From Dimorphilus gyrociliatus (Eukaryota; Animalia; Annelida): a stretch of DNA of 64,000 bases. The notes beneath the pieces were generated by a model. That model had not been told where the DNA came from and made no database searches. It worked only from the letters and a program-made list of their open reading frames with translations. Numbering within the stretch: position 1 is the stretch's first letter; every line of letters begins with the position of its first letter. The stretch spans positions 1,605,713 through 1,669,712 of the forward strand of contig CAJFCJ010000004.1 of assembly GCA_904063045.1 (NCBI GenBank), given 5' to 3'. The translations under genes and the position numbers were made by a program. Shown in pieces: positions 1-13,400 of this stretch.

Positions 1-142
1 GCGTAAAGTGTGTATCGTATTCAAGTTATTAACGTTAAATGTTTTAGTCCATTTTCTGTCTTTGGTTGGTTCGGCTGCTTGACATATAACAATACTTTAG
101 AGAAACAAAGATGAAATTACTCGTTCCCCCGAGATTTTCCAT
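1..142 (-). CDS. Possible 5' end of an unidentified gene running off the left edge
   Basis: ATG at 142, MENLGGT, a 43-nt GT-AG intron, then an open frame (TAEPTKDRKWTKTFNVNNLNTIHTLR) to the window edge. No homology recognised. Confidence 0.25.
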
Positions 143-534
143 AAACAATGATATTGTTGTCTCGTCTTCTCTTATGTGTCGTTACGTTTTTTCTTAGTCA
201 ATGGTGAACGTGAGGTCCATAACGTAAAGCAGACATTCCTTTTCTTTGATGCTCATAAAGAAAGAAAATTTTAAAAATTTGAAAGATGAGAAGAATATAA
301 TTCAGTTTTTATATCTTCCGTTGTGTACTATTTGCTCATTTTCTGAAAACTCCTTTGCTCTTTGTTGTAAACTTCCCATAAAAGCCATAGTTTGAGGGAA
401 AAGATGAATCAAAAATATTTCGAAGCCCCAAGGGACAGTGTCCACAATCCGAAAAAAAAAGAACGTTTCAACGGAAATTGCTTCCAGCTTCAAATTGATA
501 GCCGTATAGAGAATCTATCAGAAGTAATGTTCTA

Positions 535-3500
535 ATGTTATCAACTATATTGTGGAAAATGTTATCGCCATTACAATTTATTTCCTTTAGCCTTATTTTC
601 TTCCATAGCGGTTAGTTGCTTAATTTGCATTTTCGAAATACAGCTTCTTCGTAACGCTTAGAGCGATATAACGCAAACGAAATATATAGGATAATTTCAA
701 TTCGCGTGTATGGCAAACTATTTTCCAAAGATATTTTATCGCCTATGATATTTTTCTTTCAATTATAAAGCTAATTAGTAGCCTTCTCCATTATGTCAGG
801 AAGGAAAATTAGTATTCATTTTTTTGTCATTATTAAAAATTTAATGAACAGCCAGAGGAATTGATTTAACATTTTCTACTGGAGCCTATCAAATAATAGA
901 GCCAGACGATGACCATTCCAAACTAATAGTAAAAGAAGAAAACCTTAAAGTTCGTATTTGAATACAGAAAATCCGATAGAATCCTTTAGTTAAAACCTTT
1001 TCCGCTACAGCGATTACATTCGATTGACGGTGCTATTGCTACAGTTTCCGTTGTCGGAAAATATCACTCGGGGAAATCTTTTTTGTTGAACCAATTAATT
1101 GGGGACAAGAAAGGTTTCAATGTTGGGCCACAAGTTAGTCCCGAGACTATGGGAATTTGGATGCAAAAAAAAGTAAACGGTTCTAAAACTCATTATTTCA
1201 GTTATAATAGGGAACACAATCTATACCATTCACTATTTACATATAATAATATAGGAAATTAATGGAAAACACGGAAACTTGACAATAGCTTTTTTTGACA
1301 CGGAGGGCTTTGCAGCCAGTAATATATCAGAGTCATACGACGCAAAAATATTCGCCGTCTCCACTCTAATCAGCTCCCTACTACTGTATAATTCTGTGAA
1401 AATTATCGATCAGAGTGACATCGATTATCTCGAAGTTCTTGCCAGAAGAACGAAGTTGTTCGCACTCCACTCTCAAGTTTCCACTCAAAAGTGGAAAACG
1501 ATGACTTTTAATCACGATTTATTAACGTTTCCCCCATTAATTTGGATTGTCCAGGATTTTGTACAGTCTGCAACTGATAGTCAGAAATGGTTGCAAAACT
1601 TAATGGAATCCCACTTTCGAGAAAATGACGAGTACGAGATTAGTCTGTTAAGTACGTTTCAATTAATGCTGCAAATTATTTAACACTAATATATTGCAAT
1701 TTGGTATAGGTATTTTTAAATCCATCGATTGTCACACGATGTTTTTACCCGCAGTTCAGAAATCTCTGTTAAGAGACTTATCTAAGGTAACCTTTATAAT
1801 AAAGCTAATTCTGGAATTATCTTTCGATTCCTTACAATACCTCATAATTAAATTACTGCATAATCATAAGATATTTATTTTGTTGAGGTGTCTGAGCATG
1901 ATCTTACAGAAGAGTATAAGGCAGAGAGAGAAGATCTAGAGCAGAAAATCTACGATCTATTAGTGCCGAAAGAAAAGGAAGGTTGTTAAAACCAATAATT
2001 TATTCATGCACCCATTTCTTAGACTAACAATATTAGCTGGAGAATATTCAGCTTGCACGTTTCTATCATCCTTAATACTTTCAAATTCTTTCTTCTTTCA
2101 TATAACAGGTAGACCTATGACAGGTACTGAAATGGCTTCCCTCATCAGGATCCTTGTTGAGGCCGCAAATAACGGATCTCTAACCTCTATACCGAGTCGT
2201 TGGGACTCATTTGTCAGGAATTTAATAACAACTGCTATAGTTGACTGTGCTACATATTATAGGAGTGTGTTAGAAAGTTTCGATGAGGCGCTACCCCCAA
2301 AAGAGATGCAGGTAGTAATGCACTTAGAAGATATATCTATCCATATATTATGTGTATAACGTGCGTTTTTTCCCGCTTAGGATCTACACAGGGCAACAGA
2401 ACAAAAGTCTTACGAGATGTTAGCGCAGCTGTTGCTGGGGTTTGCAATATCGTTACAATAAAATGCAATATTTCTTGCTAATTATTCATTTATACTTTAA
2501 TAGTGATTAATCTATATGAAACAGATATGGTATCAGAGTAAATGAGGCAAGAGATGCTCTCGGTAAGAAAATTGAAAAATATTCCAAAATTATTCAAAGA
2601 TACAATGAGAGGAAAATTTCATTAATGATTACGCAAATTCGAAATGAAATAGAAGTAAGTTAATAAACACTTTGTCACTTAATTCAATAAAATATTCTAC
2701 CGTTTGCTCGCCAACTGAGTAATTTTGCGAATAAAAAGTAGATGGCGTTTTAGCTACAACTGTTAAAATGACATCTCACAGGTGAAATATCGAATATAAA
2801 GTTTTTAACCTCAATACTGTTTTGATTAGGAAGAATTTGACAAAAATTTGTACCATATCAGCTTGCCTCATCCATCAGTACAATATCAAAAAATAATTGA
2901 AAAACTATTAGTGGAACTACCAAAGCGATATCAAAAAATGATTATTGATTATGTTGACGAACAAAGGCTTGAGGAAGAATGCAGTCTAATTAATGTATAT
3001 TAATAGATTCATATTTTAGTAAACAGTTATTTATTTTATAACTGCTTTTTTTTACCAACTCCCAGAGATCATTAATATTACATGCAAGATCTTACCAGAC
3101 AAAAAATTATAAAGCTTTTCTAGAAGAAATGGAAACAGCAGCCGATACCTCTTTCAGTAATATATATTGTCTATAAAAGAAGTACAATTAAATTTTAATA
3201 ATTTGAGAATTTTCGGTTATTCATAAAATAGGGCTTGTTCATTCAGCAATGGATGAATTTGTGACATGTCTTACTACCACTGATATGGAAGATAAAATTT
3301 CAGAATTGATACAAATGTATAACGAGGTAAAAATATGAATTTAGAGACATAAAACTTTTTTAATTTCCGGAATGTGTCTTTTGAAAGTCTTTTGTAGAGG
3401 GCTGTTCTAAGTCTCGAGATGAGGAGATTTTTGCTATTTACAAATTACGTTACGAGGTATGCTTACACTATGATATAAGCATAATACAAGATTAATATAA

Positions 3501-4366
3501 AATTTAATAATCATTATAAACAGAAACTTCTAATGTCGAAAATCGGCGAATTACGAGAGAAAAATTTACGACTTTTAAAGGAGAAACTCTCCTCGGGGGT
3601 AACCATATGCTAATACTGAAGAATATTCATTAAAAGCGAATTTTTCTATAGGTTGAAGTTTCTGCTCTAAAAATAGTAAAAGTAGTAGTTAAACTACCTC
3701 AACATGACTTAAATAAGCTGTAAGTAAAAGATTATCTGATAAAGAGGTTTTAGATAAACGAGATTTAAGTTTGATAGTAGTAACCTATTTCTTTCGTAGG
3801 TTAGATCTCAAGGGAAAGGCTATAATAAGGGAATTTTCTGAAGAATTTGCTGACTATAAAGACAGCTCACAATTCCATAGCTCCTTAAAAATTTTGCACG
3901 TAAATTTAATTTTGTTTACCGTGATATGAAATTAAAAATCAAACTTTCATTTGTCAACAAAGGAAAAGTTACAAAATAATATTGAAAAACGTCTGAAAGA
4001 TAATGAAAAAGCTTACATGAAAAAAATTGAAGGACCTTTGAAAAGGGCTAAAAAACTAGCTCTCATATCAGCTAATAAATTCTTGACATCTTTCAGTCTT
4101 CGAAAATATGTAAGGCATAAAACATTATTTGTTTTGTGATTAATAATTGAACATAATTTGCATAGATTGAGGCAATAATCTTGGAGTGTTTGAATGAAGG
4201 AGAAACCGAAACGTGGGATTTGAACTTAAAAGAGAATATCATTAAGAATTTTATGGACGCAGATCCCGATATAGTATGGGAATTTCAGTTAAGGGACGGA
4301 TATTATTCTTGGCTTATAGGAAATATAGAGTGGCTCTTATGGACTATCGGTTGGAGAGACTATTAG
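535..4366 (+). CDS. Guanylate-binding protein/atlastin-family large GTPase with predicted signal peptide (multi-exon)
   Basis: Exon 1 (535-610) MLSTILWKMLSPLQFISFSLIFFHS splices in phase 1 to 852. P-loop GKYHSGKS (exon from 1011), switch I ETMGIWM, G3 DTEG, G4-like WIVQDF, helical C-terminal half, last exon ends GWRDY* at 4366. Confidence 0.85.
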
Positions 4367-4798
4367 ATAATAAGTTTTCAATTAAAAATAAAACTTTTTT
4401 GATAATCATTAATAGACACTTGAAAACAGTGTGTTCACTTTCACCAATGTGCTACGTATCTAATTAATGAATTAGTGTTACAAGCTTGTAAATAGCTGTC
4501 AACCAATTACAAGTGAATGAATATAGGCCTAACGAAGTGACATTGGAATTCGTGTGCTATGCGCGTGGCTTTGTAGGCCTAACGCGCCTAAAAAAAGCAG
4601 TTCCGTTCCAGACGCGCTTGTCAATATATGTTAATACGCTTAAAATGAGTTCCATTTTAAAATTGCCTTGAAAGTTGTATTTTGACCATATCTGTCTAAA
4701 TGAATATTAATAAATGTTAAAAAAATATCTAAAAATTTTATTTATATAATATCTACTAAGTAAGTGTTTTATAAGAATGTAAAGAATTTATCAAAAGT

Positions 4799-7424
4799 TT
4801 CTCACGCGTAGCGCTACCATTGTTGACGCTGTTATTGGAACAAAACTTTTGCTACTGCCGCTGAAGAAGTTGAAATCTTGTTTTTAAGCGATTTTTAGTC
4901 GTTTCAGCGTGAGGAAATTATTTAAAGATAAACGCCTATGATAGGATATAAACAGAAGAATCAATAAGGTCAATTATCGACTGTTAACGATATGAGATTA
5001 CTCTGGATATTGAGTGTACTCTGTCTGCTAATTGCACATGGTCGAGGTGAGGGGTTAATTATATTGAAATAGTATATGACTAAAAAATATACTTCGAAAT
5101 CATTGATGAAATTTAATTCATTGATTATAAGCGTTAAGTAGTCGTAAATAGCTTATATTATATTTTCTTAACATTGATTGAGTAACAAATATAATAATTT
5201 GATCTTTTTATTTACTCTAACCAAAATAGCATTCAAATCGTGCAGTCCAAACCCATGCAAAAATGATGGTGCCTGTGTTACGACTGGAAACGGAGCCTAT
5301 TGCCGGTAAGTGAAAATTTGAGATGTTTATAAATTTGGGCGATAAGACAACGACGGTTCGCGCGCTTCAAATTATCAAAACACAAATGATTAAGTTCCCT
5401 TTGCTCTCTTCAATAATTTACAAAGAGTGAAGAGAAATTTCTAAAGGAGTCTATACAGAAAGATTTTAAATAGACCAAGGTAAAGACTACTAGCCTCTGT
5501 CATGTATATTTTTTATAATAAAAGTAAGATATTGATCAAGAAAAACTATTATAAGTAGGTCCTGGCCCGATTCAGCTATTCATTGATTTGCTATAAATCA
5601 TGAGAAAAATATATATAAAAAATCAAGAAGGTAAAGCGAATAGCATAGCAGAAATCACAACATTTTAAAAGAAAACATGAAAGTCTAGGTTGGACTAAAG
5701 AAGTAGATTTATGTGGAACATACGTGTAGGTCGCGTCTTTCTCTGAACACCTGCCATCTGTTTGTTTAATCATGTGAAAATCGTGGTTGTAGTGTTTTGA
5801 CGCTGTTGGGGCGCTCTTTCCCACGATAATTTCTATTTTGTTAGGAGGTTCACTGTACTGTCCTCGCTCATTGCTCCCCACAATCTATTAGGGAAGGCAT
5901 CTGTTCCCTCCCGCAAAAATTAGCTCCTTTCTACTTTGCGCACGCGCATTAACAGCCCCTCCGCAACCAATGGGCTGCAGGGCAAGAGGTGGGGGGAGTG
6001 TGAGTAGCGTGGGAAACTGTTTGGTCCGCCCCGATAAAAAAGAGGAATAGTTAGAGGAAGGGTGAAAGAAGAGTTCAAGCTGTTATTAGACTTCTATATA
6101 CCCGTAGTTTTCTTCTTTGTCTACTTGATATTCTTTTTCTTTACCGCCAATTCGTAGCAGACTTTACGACACGTGTAGTCTTTGATATGCTCCCTTTTAT
6201 GTGGGCGTCTGGAGATATCATCTTCTCTTTTTCCAATTTTTTTAATTCCACTTTACACTCTGTAAACCTCCGTGCTTTACGTACATATTAGATTTTTTTA
6301 CACACTTCGTACAATGTTTCTCTATGCTCTACAGATGTAGTAAAGAATACGCCGGAGAGTATTGCCAATATACCAATCCATGCTCCAGTAATCCTTGTTC
6401 GCAGAATGGTAGATGTATAAAAGTACAGTCGATCGACGTTGGTCTGTCATGGAAATGCGAATGCCTGCCAGGTTGGGATGGGAAAAGCTGTGATCTAATG
6501 ACATCAAATAATCCCTGTAGGAACTCGCCGTGTAAAAACGGTCTTTGCTTTCCTAAGGGTACTTCCGGAGGCTTTTACTGTACCTGTTTTAAACGCTATA
6601 GAGGAGATTTATGCGACCAAGTGGATTATTGTTTTAGTGGTCCTTGCAAGAATAATGCTAAATGCGAATCTCTTAGCAATGGTTTTAAGTGCAACTGTCT
6701 CCAAGGTTTTACTGGGAGAACATGCGAAACAGATATAAATGAATGTGATTTCCAAAAGAACCTATGTGTAAATGGCGGAACCTGTGAAAATTTATACGGT
6801 TCATATCGGTTAGTATTTATTTATTTATTTATATTTTTCTCAGATAATTGATTTTATTAACACAAGCTTTTTTATCAAACAGTTGCAATTGTCCTCCTCA
6901 CTATACTGGTTTGAATTGTGAGAGCCAATTTATACCCTGCTCACCTTCACCTTGTAAAAATAAAGGAAAATGCATAAAGACGTCACAATACGACTATAAA
7001 TGTGAATGCGAATCTGGTTTGTATTAGAGTTATTAATCACTTTGTTTTTTTTCCGTTGTTGATATTATTAACAACATTTTTCGACACACGACGCACACAC
7101 TCCTCAAATAATGATAAAATGCTAATGTCGTTATCCTGTTTGTCTTTCCCACGATTCGTCGGGCAAGATACTTGTTTGTATCTTTTCTCTTTTAAAGTTT
7201 TAAGTACCTAATCTACTATTAAGTGGTTTTACGTTAGGTTACGCAAACTCGCTCGCTAGGCAGTCTTGTGCACTCTAAGAATTTTCGAATTGACAATTAA
7301 AGATATTGTATAGTTCTCGGCCAAAACCTTGCTAGTATATTTTAATACGAGTGAATAATAAATTGGCACAATACTTTACTGTACTAATTCTCATATTAAT
7401 TACTTATAAATTGTAACGTGGGAA
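4799..7424. promoter_or_regulatory. Five CSL/Su(H)/RBPJ consensus sites (CGTGRGAA) in the Notch promoter and introns
   Basis: TTCTCACG 4799-4806, TTCCCACG 5818-5825, CGTGGGAA 6008-6015, TTCCCACG 7146-7153, CGTGGGAA 7417-7424; all non-coding. Confidence 0.6.
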
Positions 7425-10400
7425 GATGTTAAAAATAGAGGTGGGTTAAAAAAGTTTGATTATTTATTGAAGATCTTTATTTATAGTATAAGAATCCCTC
7501 TCCCTTTGAGTCCCTGTTAAATAAAATCTTTTGTTGACTTTTCGGATGCACACTATCCTGCCTACTTTAATTCTCTTTTGAATGGAAAAAGAACTGTTGT
7601 TTACATTTCGTATTTCTTAGCAGGTTACGAAGGTAAACACTGCGAAAAGAACATAGACGATTGTCAATATGCTAATTGTCAAAATGGTGGAACCTGCATT
7701 GACGGAATAAAGGCCTTTAAATGTAATTGTCCTCCTTCTTTCACCGGTAAGTTTTTATGTTTTATTCCAACGATAACATTTGTTATGCGAACGCGGCGCC
7801 CAATAGCAAAGTTCCCGCCATGAATATTAATTAGAGCTATATGGCTGGTGCGTTACTTGCGCCCTTTTTTTCCCAAACTGTACTTTGAATATAAAATGAA
7901 AGTACCTAAGGATTGCGTGTTACTTCTTTTCATTATTATGTCTACTATTAGTGAGTAATAATAATAATAATAATAATAATATACAATTAGGAGCTGCTAT
8001 TCATAAGCTATTGCTTGTATGTAATTAGCAAATAATTATTTTTCAATCTTTTTCTATAGGATCAAACTGTGATGTAGACGTCGATGAATGTCTTCTAAAG
8101 ACGGATTTATGTAAAAATGGCGCTACATGTGAAAATGCATTTGGATCTTACCGATGCATTTGCGTTAACGGTTGGGAAGGTGAAAATTGTGATGTTAACA
8201 AAGATGATTGCAAAGACAATCCCTGCTCTAATAATGGTACTTGCTTTGACAAAGTTGGATATTTTATTTGTCAATGTAAACCTGGTTGGACTGGACTAAG
8301 ATGCCATTTGAAAGATCAATGTAATAATACACCTTGTAAGCAGGGAGCAAAGTGTATAACGAATATCGATGGATCGGCGCATTGTAAATGTCCGGAAGGA
8401 TATAAGGGAGGTCGCTGCGAAATTGATATAAACGAATGCGAAGATTGTAAGTTTTTTTAATGCTATTTATATACAAATGTATACTAAATATTTTCCACGT
8501 AATTTCTAGTTCCCGATCAGCCTTGTCGTAATGGACGATGCGTAAACTTACCTGGAAAGTTTAGATGTGACTGCGATAAGGGCTTCACGGGTGAAAGATG
8601 TGAAGTGAATATTGATGAATGCAAATCAAACCCTTGCAAGAACGGAGCTACGTGCTTAAATTTTCCAGGCTACTTTAAGTGTTTATGCATTCAAGGTAAT
8701 TCTTATTTCTTCTCGCAACAAACTCGTGCTGTGCTACGACACTGAATCGTCCAGCTGCGCGTATTCAGTCGATTATAATTAGTTGAATGAAAGTCACTGA
8801 TGCGAATAAATGAAAGGTGGCAACCAGGCGAACGGTTGACCTGTGGTCATCAAATTTTGACCAACAGAAGAAAAAGGTTAATGCAAATGCGAATCGTCAT
8901 TGACCTCAGAACGATTAGAATGGCAGTCCTTTAAATTTATCGTAACATAGCACACTTAACCTTGACCGTTTCTCACCAATATATCCAACTTTTCTTTTAT
9001 ATTGTAGGTTTCACTGGCGCTCTCTGCTCTAAAAATATCGATGATTGCAAATCTTCTCCTTGTGTTTATGGAAAATGCATAGACGGCGTTAATAAATTTC
9101 TATGCAATTGCTTCGAAGGTGAGACTAACATTAAGCATATACGCAAAGAGCATTTTTAAAATATATTCATAAAAACAGGTTATGAAGGTAAAACATGCGA
9201 TAAGAAGGTCAACAAATGTAAAAACCAACCCTGTAAAAACCGCGGAATTTGCGTAGATAACGGAGACAGCTTTTTTTGTCAATGTAAATCAGGATTTACT
9301 GGCCCAACATGTGAAGATGATATAAATGAATGTTTATCAAATCCCTGTCAAAATGGTGGAACCTGTCTTGATATGGAGAATCGCTATGAATGTCGCTGTC
9401 CAGAAGGCTTCACTGACGAAATGTGCATTAGCCAGACCAACGAATGCGATTCGAGTCCTTGCGTAAATGGCGGAAAATGTCGCGATGGTGTTAACACTTA
9501 TACTTGCGAGTGTCCGAAAGGTTTTATCGGTAACCGTTGCCAACAAGAAAATAGTCCTTGCAATTCGAATCCATGTCAGCATGGAGCTACTTGTATAAGC
9601 GAGCAGTCATTCTACCGATGTGTTTGTTTAGATGGTTTTACTGGTGAAAATTGTCAAGAAAATATTGACGATTGTAATCCATCACCTTGTATACATGGTA
9701 CCTGCTCAGATGACATTAACGGATTCATTTGCCATTGTGACTATGGATTCACAGGAAAAACCTGTGATACCCAATTGGCTCCATGTAAGGACTCTTTGTG
9801 TAAAAATGGAGCGCTATGTGTGCCTACTGATAAATATAGCTCTTACGAATGCCGATGTGCAGATGGATATACTGGAAAATATTGTGAAGATGATGTCGAT
9901 GAGTGCAAAAATCCTGATAACTGTCAAAATGGAGGCACATGCGAAAATATGGAAGGAGATTACGCTTGTATTTGCACCAATGGATACACTGGTACCAAAT
10001 GTGATACTGAAATAGACGAGTGTGTTTCGAATCCTTGTCGTAATGGTGGAGAGTGCAAGGATCTCATCGGATACTATACATGCAAATGCCAACTGGGATT
10101 CGACGGATCGAATTGCCAATTGGAATTGGACGAATGCGCATCCAACCCATGTCAGAATGGTGCATCTTGTCATGATTATGTTAATTCATACACCTGCGAA
10201 TGTAAAAGAGGGTTTTCTGGAGTAAATTGCCAGAATAATGACAATGATTGCTCCGACAGGTATGTTGTAGTGAAACTTTTACTTTCTTAAATGAATACTA
10301 ATAGTATATAATCTCCGTTTAGCTCTTGTCTCTATGGCGGAACATGTGCGGATGGTGTTAATACGTTCACATGTGAATGCGCAGTAGGATTTCGCGGATC

Positions 10401-13400
10401 AAATTGCCAAAACCGAGTGAATCCCTGCGATTCATCGCCATGTAAACATGGTGGTCAGTGCAGGAATAAAAAAAATACTTTTCAATGCGTATGCCCCTAT
10501 GGATATACGGGACCAAAGTGTGAAATCCTTATTCAATGGTGTATCGAAAAGAAGCCATGCTTAAACGGTGGTACTTGCATGCAAATTGGTACAGAATATC
10601 AATGCGAGTGTAAATCTGGATGGACAGGTGAACTGTGCGATATGCAATCAGTTACGTGCCAGGATGCAGCTGGTTTGTTTTGTTTCATTTTCTTAAGTGT
10701 GGAATCTTAATTAATTTAATTGATAACAGTTGAAAGACGAATAGGCGTAAACGATTTGTGCGCTAATGGAGGAACTTGTATAAATTTGAATAACTATAAG
10801 CATAAATGCGAATGTCAAAGTGGTTATGAAGGAAGTTACTGCACTGAAAGAATTGATCATTGTAAATCACAGCCATGTTTGAATGGAGCAGATTGTTTTA
10901 ACCAATTAAACGGATTTAGGTGCGAATGCTCCGATGGATTCCAGGTAAGAAATCTAAGACTGATACTTGGCCCAACAGAACGCATCAATCTGCCGTATGC
11001 AGCTTGCCCCCAAGCAAAATAATACGAATAGCTTCTCTCTTTATTTCTAAAAGCGCCTTTCTTTTAATTAGGGTCCAATTTGTGAATACGATAGCGATGA
11101 GTGTGCCAGTAAACCGTGTCAAAATGGCGGTACATGCCATGATCTAGTAAGTTTACACCTCTTTATATAAATAATAATAATATTTATTCAATCCTACTAA
11201 AATAAAATGCCCTTGCCAGATTAACGCCTTTCATTGCTCGTGTGTGCCGGGAACAAAGGGGAAGTTTTGCGAAGTGAATGAGAACGATTGTTATGAAAAT
11301 GCTTGCTATCATGATGGTGTTTGCAAAGATGGAATTGGAACATTTACATGTGAATGTCCACCAGGCTACGTTGGTCATCAGTGTGAAGGTGACGTTAATG
11401 AGTGTTTATCGGGTCCTTGTCACGGAAAAGGAACGAAAGAGTGTATACAAAAGGTCAACGATTATGAATGCGTATGTCGGGCAGGATACACTGGTTTGTT
11501 AATATATAAATATTGTATTAATCGTTAAGTTTAAATATTTGTAGGGCGAACGTGCTCACAAATGGTCAACTACTGCGAGGTGAATCCTTGTCAGAATGGC
11601 GCAACTTGTAAAGTTGGTGAGACGGGTGCAGTGTGTTTGTGCAAGAAGGTAAGATTTACATAACTAAAATATATCATGAGAATCGATTATTTATTAATTT
11701 TAACTATTTAAAGAATTTTTCTGGACCTCTATGTGAATTTCACCACGATAAATGTTCAAGTCATCCTTGCCTGAATAACGGAACTTGCAAACCAACTGAA
11801 AAAGGTTTCATTTGTAAATGTATTTTGGGTGTTGGTGGACCATTATGCAACAAAGACATTTATAATGAATGCACATCAAATCCTTGTCAGAATGGAGGTA
11901 CATGCTTAAATAAATTTGGTTTTCATCAGTGCAATTGTCCACGTTTCTGGAACGGTGTTAACTGCGATAAATACGACTTATACTTTAATGGTGGTATAGG
12001 TTATCCTCCAACATCTGCTCCAGCTACACCCCCGCCAATAGACAGGATGGAACAGTTGTGCAAAGAGAGAGATTGTCCAGCTAAAGCCGGAAACGGAAAA
12101 TGTGATGAGGAATGCAATAATTACGCCTGCAAATACGACAATTTGGAGTGTTCGTTTGACATGCTACCATTCAAAAATTGCTCAGCCATCAAGCACGGAG
12201 TAGCTTGTTACGCTTTGGCGAATAATAACAAATGCGACGAGCCATGTAATAGCGAAGAGTGTTTGTTCGACGGTTTTGATTGTGATGAGAAAGAATGTAA
12301 TGCCGCTTACTCAAAAGGATATTGTGCCAAAAATTACGCTGATGGTGTTTGCCAAGATGAATGCAATGTTCCAGAATGTGGGCTAGATGGTGGTGACTGT
12401 TCCAATCTTGATAAAGCTTTAGAAGGAACAATTTTAATTCATCTTAGGAATGTAACGCCCAATCAATTCAGAGATCAGGAAGAGGAATTTCTCTATGGTC
12501 TAGGTCAAGTACTTAGAGGAGTAGTAAAAGTAGCTCTCCAAAAGGATGGAACTAAAATGATTTACCCGTGGATTCCTGATCAAACAAGGGTGAAACGGTA
12601 CGTTGACATATTATTAAGAAGAATCAAAAGGGCTGAGAAAATTGGAACTAAAGTAGTCTTGACCTTGACTAATAGTAATTCCTGTACAAAGGAATGCTTC
12701 ACGTCTGTTGATAAAGCCGCAGAATTTTTAGCACATTCTCTTCAAACTGGTGATTTTAAATCAAATTTCAAATTTGATCGTATTCAAGGTATTATTATAT
12801 GCCAATTAAATGTTATACTTATAGCTAATCAAAAAAATCAATTTTACAGCTCAACAACCTACGCGGCCAGGTGACCCATCAGAGAACTCAGGAGGAGATC
12901 AAACCGTATTAGCTGTCGTATCTTGCATCTCGATTATCGTTATTGTCACGCTTTTAGTATTGGTGGGATATACATATCGTAGATTGAAAAGGAGAGCCGA
13001 TGGAAAACTATGGCTACCCGAAGGCTTCCGCTTCAAATCTGGATCTGTTCCTTCCCCAGCTTATGGGCCAGGTGCAGTCAGGAAATGTCCGGAAGGTGAA
13101 GAGCACAAACAAAATAATAAAAATGCATGGAAGGCGTTAGAGTTCATTCCGGGTAACGCACCTGGAAATGATGAAGAATTTCCTACCGATGATCTTCCAA
13201 GCGAAGACGAATGTCCTAAAGCTAAAAGAATTAAACAAGAGAAAATTGACAACCGACAGTGGACACAGCAGCATTACGACGCTCTTCAATTGGAAAATAA
13301 CTTAACTCCACCTCATCAAGACACCTTTACCGATTCAGACACTGTAAATGCTAAAGGTCCTGGTGGCTTTACCCCATTGATGTTGACAGCCAGCATTCAA

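Noticed and set aside
148-207. Signal-peptide-like ORF MILLSRLLLCVVTFFLSQW
   Set aside because: Stops after 19 codons with no usable donor; a better GBP leader exon exists at 535-610.
302-493. 63-aa minus-strand ORF
   Set aside because: TTG start, no recognisable homology or convincing splice context; lies in the probable promoter between two divergent genes.
4561-4596. GC hairpin followed by an A-run resembling an intrinsic terminator
   Set aside because: Eukaryotic Pol II context upstream of Notch; a bacterial-type terminator is not meaningful here.
5591-5881. 96-aa antisense ORF in Notch intron 2
   Set aside because: GTG start, no homology, low-complexity end; more likely regulatory DNA.
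9337-10225. Several overlapping alternative-frame and antisense ORFs in the large Notch EGF exon
   Set aside because: Shadow frames of repetitive Cys-rich coding sequence.
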